From: Balanoglossus misakiensis
Taxonomy: Eukaryota; Animalia; Hemichordata
NCBI GenBank assembly: GCA_040954595.2
Contig: CM082590.2
Location: forward strand, 3,906,001-3,970,000
Direction: 5' to 3'
Length of the DNA stretch: 64,000 nucleotides
Of this stretch, positions 61,466-64,000 are shown in pieces; positions within the stretch are counted from its first letter, which is position 1, and every line of letters begins with the position of its first letter. Below the pieces are notes generated by a model. That model searched no databases. It had not been told where the DNA came from and was given only the letters and a program-made list of their open reading frames with translations. Made by a program: the position numbers and the translations under genes.

Positions 61466-62524
61466 CTGTAATGTGGAGAAAGGATTTTAAGCCCATTGCT
61501 ATGATTTGGTTAAAACTGCTTCATCATGTTTTATGCACAAATGAATCTTCACATATCTAGTATTTGCAAAACATGCCTCTGGTTGGATTTATTTGAGTAT
61601 CGGAATGTGACAGTTCAATTTTCATGGTTTTCTAGTGATAAACTTTAAAGGTGAGTTCTCGTGGTTTTGAGATTGCGCGCGAGGGTGTCTTCTTTGATTA
61701 ACACATTTCCCAAAATGCCTCACTAATCTTTGCAAAAGAAAAAAAAATGGCGGATATGGATAATAGTTAAGCGAGTTTCACTGACAGTACAGTTTCAACT
61801 ACTAGTATAATGGTGACAGTACATGCTTTGTGCGAGAGAGGGTGGTGTTAGAAGGACTGATATGAGACGACATTACGAAAGTGATAGTTTGACTCGGTGA
61901 GCAAACGTGATAGTACACGCATCATATCATCAGTGGGACTGCCGCATTCGAGCCGTTTTGACCCTCGAGCGAAGTCGCACCCATGATGCAATGCCCTTAT
62001 AGTGGGGCGGCATAACAAACATTTTCATATCGATTGTGCATTTTGTGATAAAAGCTCAGATTGCTGTCAATGTGTAATTAACTCCATCGGCCATGTAACG
62101 CCGGGAACACACGCAGGGCTAGGAACACACATTCCCATCACATACAACACAACCCAACACAGAACTCAGCATGAACTGAACAAAGCAATTGCTCCATGTC
62201 AATTTTGCATTGGTTTTACGGCCGCCAAGCTAAAAGTTTTGTTTCAGGGTTTTGACAAATATCTTTGGAGTAGGCAAGTGACAGGCAAAATCAGGAAACA
62301 GATAATGTCTCATGACACGCGGCGACAGTGTGATTTTCAACATTACCTACACAGTCATAAATTGCGACAACATGTGGTGGGAAGGTATTTAAAATAAAGT
62401 TGGGCATGACTACGGCAACACGTGGCAAAAGGCGAGCCAAATTCTAACAGGAACATTGCGATCGTACTGGGGAACTTGAAGGGCTTCCCAACAGCCAGCA
62501 ATTTGGACTTATCAAGTGAAGACA

Positions 62525-62622
62525 TAGCTGTAGAAACGCAGCTGTTCCGTCGGGGGGGGGAGGGGAGATGGGGGAATTAGTATTCCCCCTCACCCGGTGG
62601 AACAGCTACATTTTCACGGCTA
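62525..62622. mobile_element. ~98-bp palindromic mini-MITE with TAG...CTA ends
   Basis: tagctgtagaaacgcagctgttcc vs reverse complement of ggaacagctacattttcacggcta, 19/24 match. Confidence 0.45.
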
Positions 62623-62985
62623 CTGAAGATCCAACTCCGAAAAAGTTGGAATTTCAGAAATTTAATTCCACTTTCCTCGTGCAACGGAAGATTCGGAACG
62701 TGTTTTGCTTTCCAAAAATCTCTAGACGCCCATTTGCGTAAGACGCCCTTTACGGTAACAATAAACTGTACTAGGAAACGTCTACACTAGATGATTTTAT
62801 GTCTTCGTACAAACACACACAAATAAACTGTCAGGTTTAATCCCCCTGAAATTTTTCCTTGCCTCAATGCAAAAGACAGAATAATTTTTCAAGACATCGA
62901 CCGACCGTGTTATGACAAGTGTCCATGGCTGTTTAGCCAACATCATCGCGAAACTTAGATTTAGGCTTATATTGAGCCTTTTTAA

Positions 62986-63772
62986 GACGGGTCCCCCGTA
63001 TCTTTTTGCCCGTTGCTATGGGCCTTTATAGGACATTACACCCCGATTTGGACTAAGCCGTTTTCAGAGTCTAACAAGGGCCCAGTAACTAGTTGAAAAT
63101 CTGCACGATTGTGAGCGCGCGCCCCCTGACGCCATTGATATGCAAATTAGCTAGGTCAAATTTCAAAAGCCTAAGGCTTTTTATTCCCTGACCTCAAAAA
63201 CGAACTTGATACGTATTCATTAGTTGCTCGAACCAGAGAAGATCGTGAAGGATTTTCTTTTCGAATATGATCGTTGTATCCTACGATTTCAGCATACCCG
63301 TACCACACCTGAAAAAGTCATCGATTTTGGGTGTTTTTGGACACACTCTTCCACCGGTATCGCTTCTTAGCGCGACGACATCCGTTAAAACGATCCTTCA
63401 CGCTATGCGGAAGTGTGTTCTCTGTCAACAAGTCAAATTTGACTGGCGTACGTGGCCTATGAAAAAAGCCTTAGGGATTTTTGTGAACGGTACAAAATCT
63501 CTGTGTACAAAACATTGGATTTTTAGCGTTCGATCCAGTTACTGTGGTTAAAGGACGCGCACGCTATCGCTGACCGCTGCTTTGCCGTATTAGCGTGGCG
63601 GCCTATGGCCGGGCGGTAGCTGCCGTAAACACAGGGGGTGTGCACACAATCGTGTGTATTTTTAACTAGTTACAAGCCCCTTGTCGGACGTTCATAACGG
63701 TTTCATTCAAAATTGAGTGTAGTGTCCTATAAAGGCCCATAGCAACGGGCAAAAAGATACGGGGGACCCATC
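62986..63772. mobile_element. 787-bp MITE with ~140-bp imperfect TIRs and TTAA TSD (Kolobok-type)
   Basis: ttaa|gacgggtcccccgtatctttttgcccgttgctatgggcctttataggaca ... tgtcctataaaggcccatagcaacgggcaaaaagatacgggggacccatc|ttaa. Confidence 0.88.
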
Positions 63773-64000
63773 TTAAATCATGTTCAAACATTCCATAATA
63801 ATACAAGACATGCTGTCATTGTTAATCTGCTAAACTTGATCTCACAGTCATTTGCTTTGAATGATTGATTTCTTTTTAAATAATAATAAATAATAATAAT
63901 AATTTATTCAGTACCAATGGCCACCGGCCAAACTGTACAAAAATTCCAAGTATTACAGGTTTTTGACGCTAGTACGGTATAAAAAATAGATGCACTGTCA

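Noticed and set aside
61645-62020. Possible transposon termini ttaa|aggtgagttc (61649) and tagtggggc (62000)
   Set aside because: Partner ends were not found in the window, so boundaries cannot be supported.

Overview
Eukaryotic (animal, AT-rich, spliceosomal introns; marine-invertebrate-like by inference) repeat-dense window. 1-21,951 is a ~130-bp satellite array with higher-order structure, interrupted by a 5'-truncated CR1/L2-group LINE (6-bp TSD). It is followed by an AcademX-like remnant and a multi-exon AcademHP-like (DUF6589-type + PHD) transposase pseudogene. One intron of that pseudogene (24,971-51,785) has been inflated to ~26.8 kb by nested insertions: a TTAA MITE, a P-element-like TIR element (7-bp TSD), a ~24.8-kb Helentron with an intact OTU-Rep-helicase-endonuclease ORF, a 5x963-bp tandem array built from that ORF's own 3' end, and a Penelope retroelement with a hammerhead ribozyme. 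The window ends with the 3' seven exons of an apparently intact Ank-Roc-COR-Death (ROCO/DAPK1-like) gene on the minus strand, with Kolobok-type MITEs in its introns. Family assignments come from motif recognition by eye, not from database searches.
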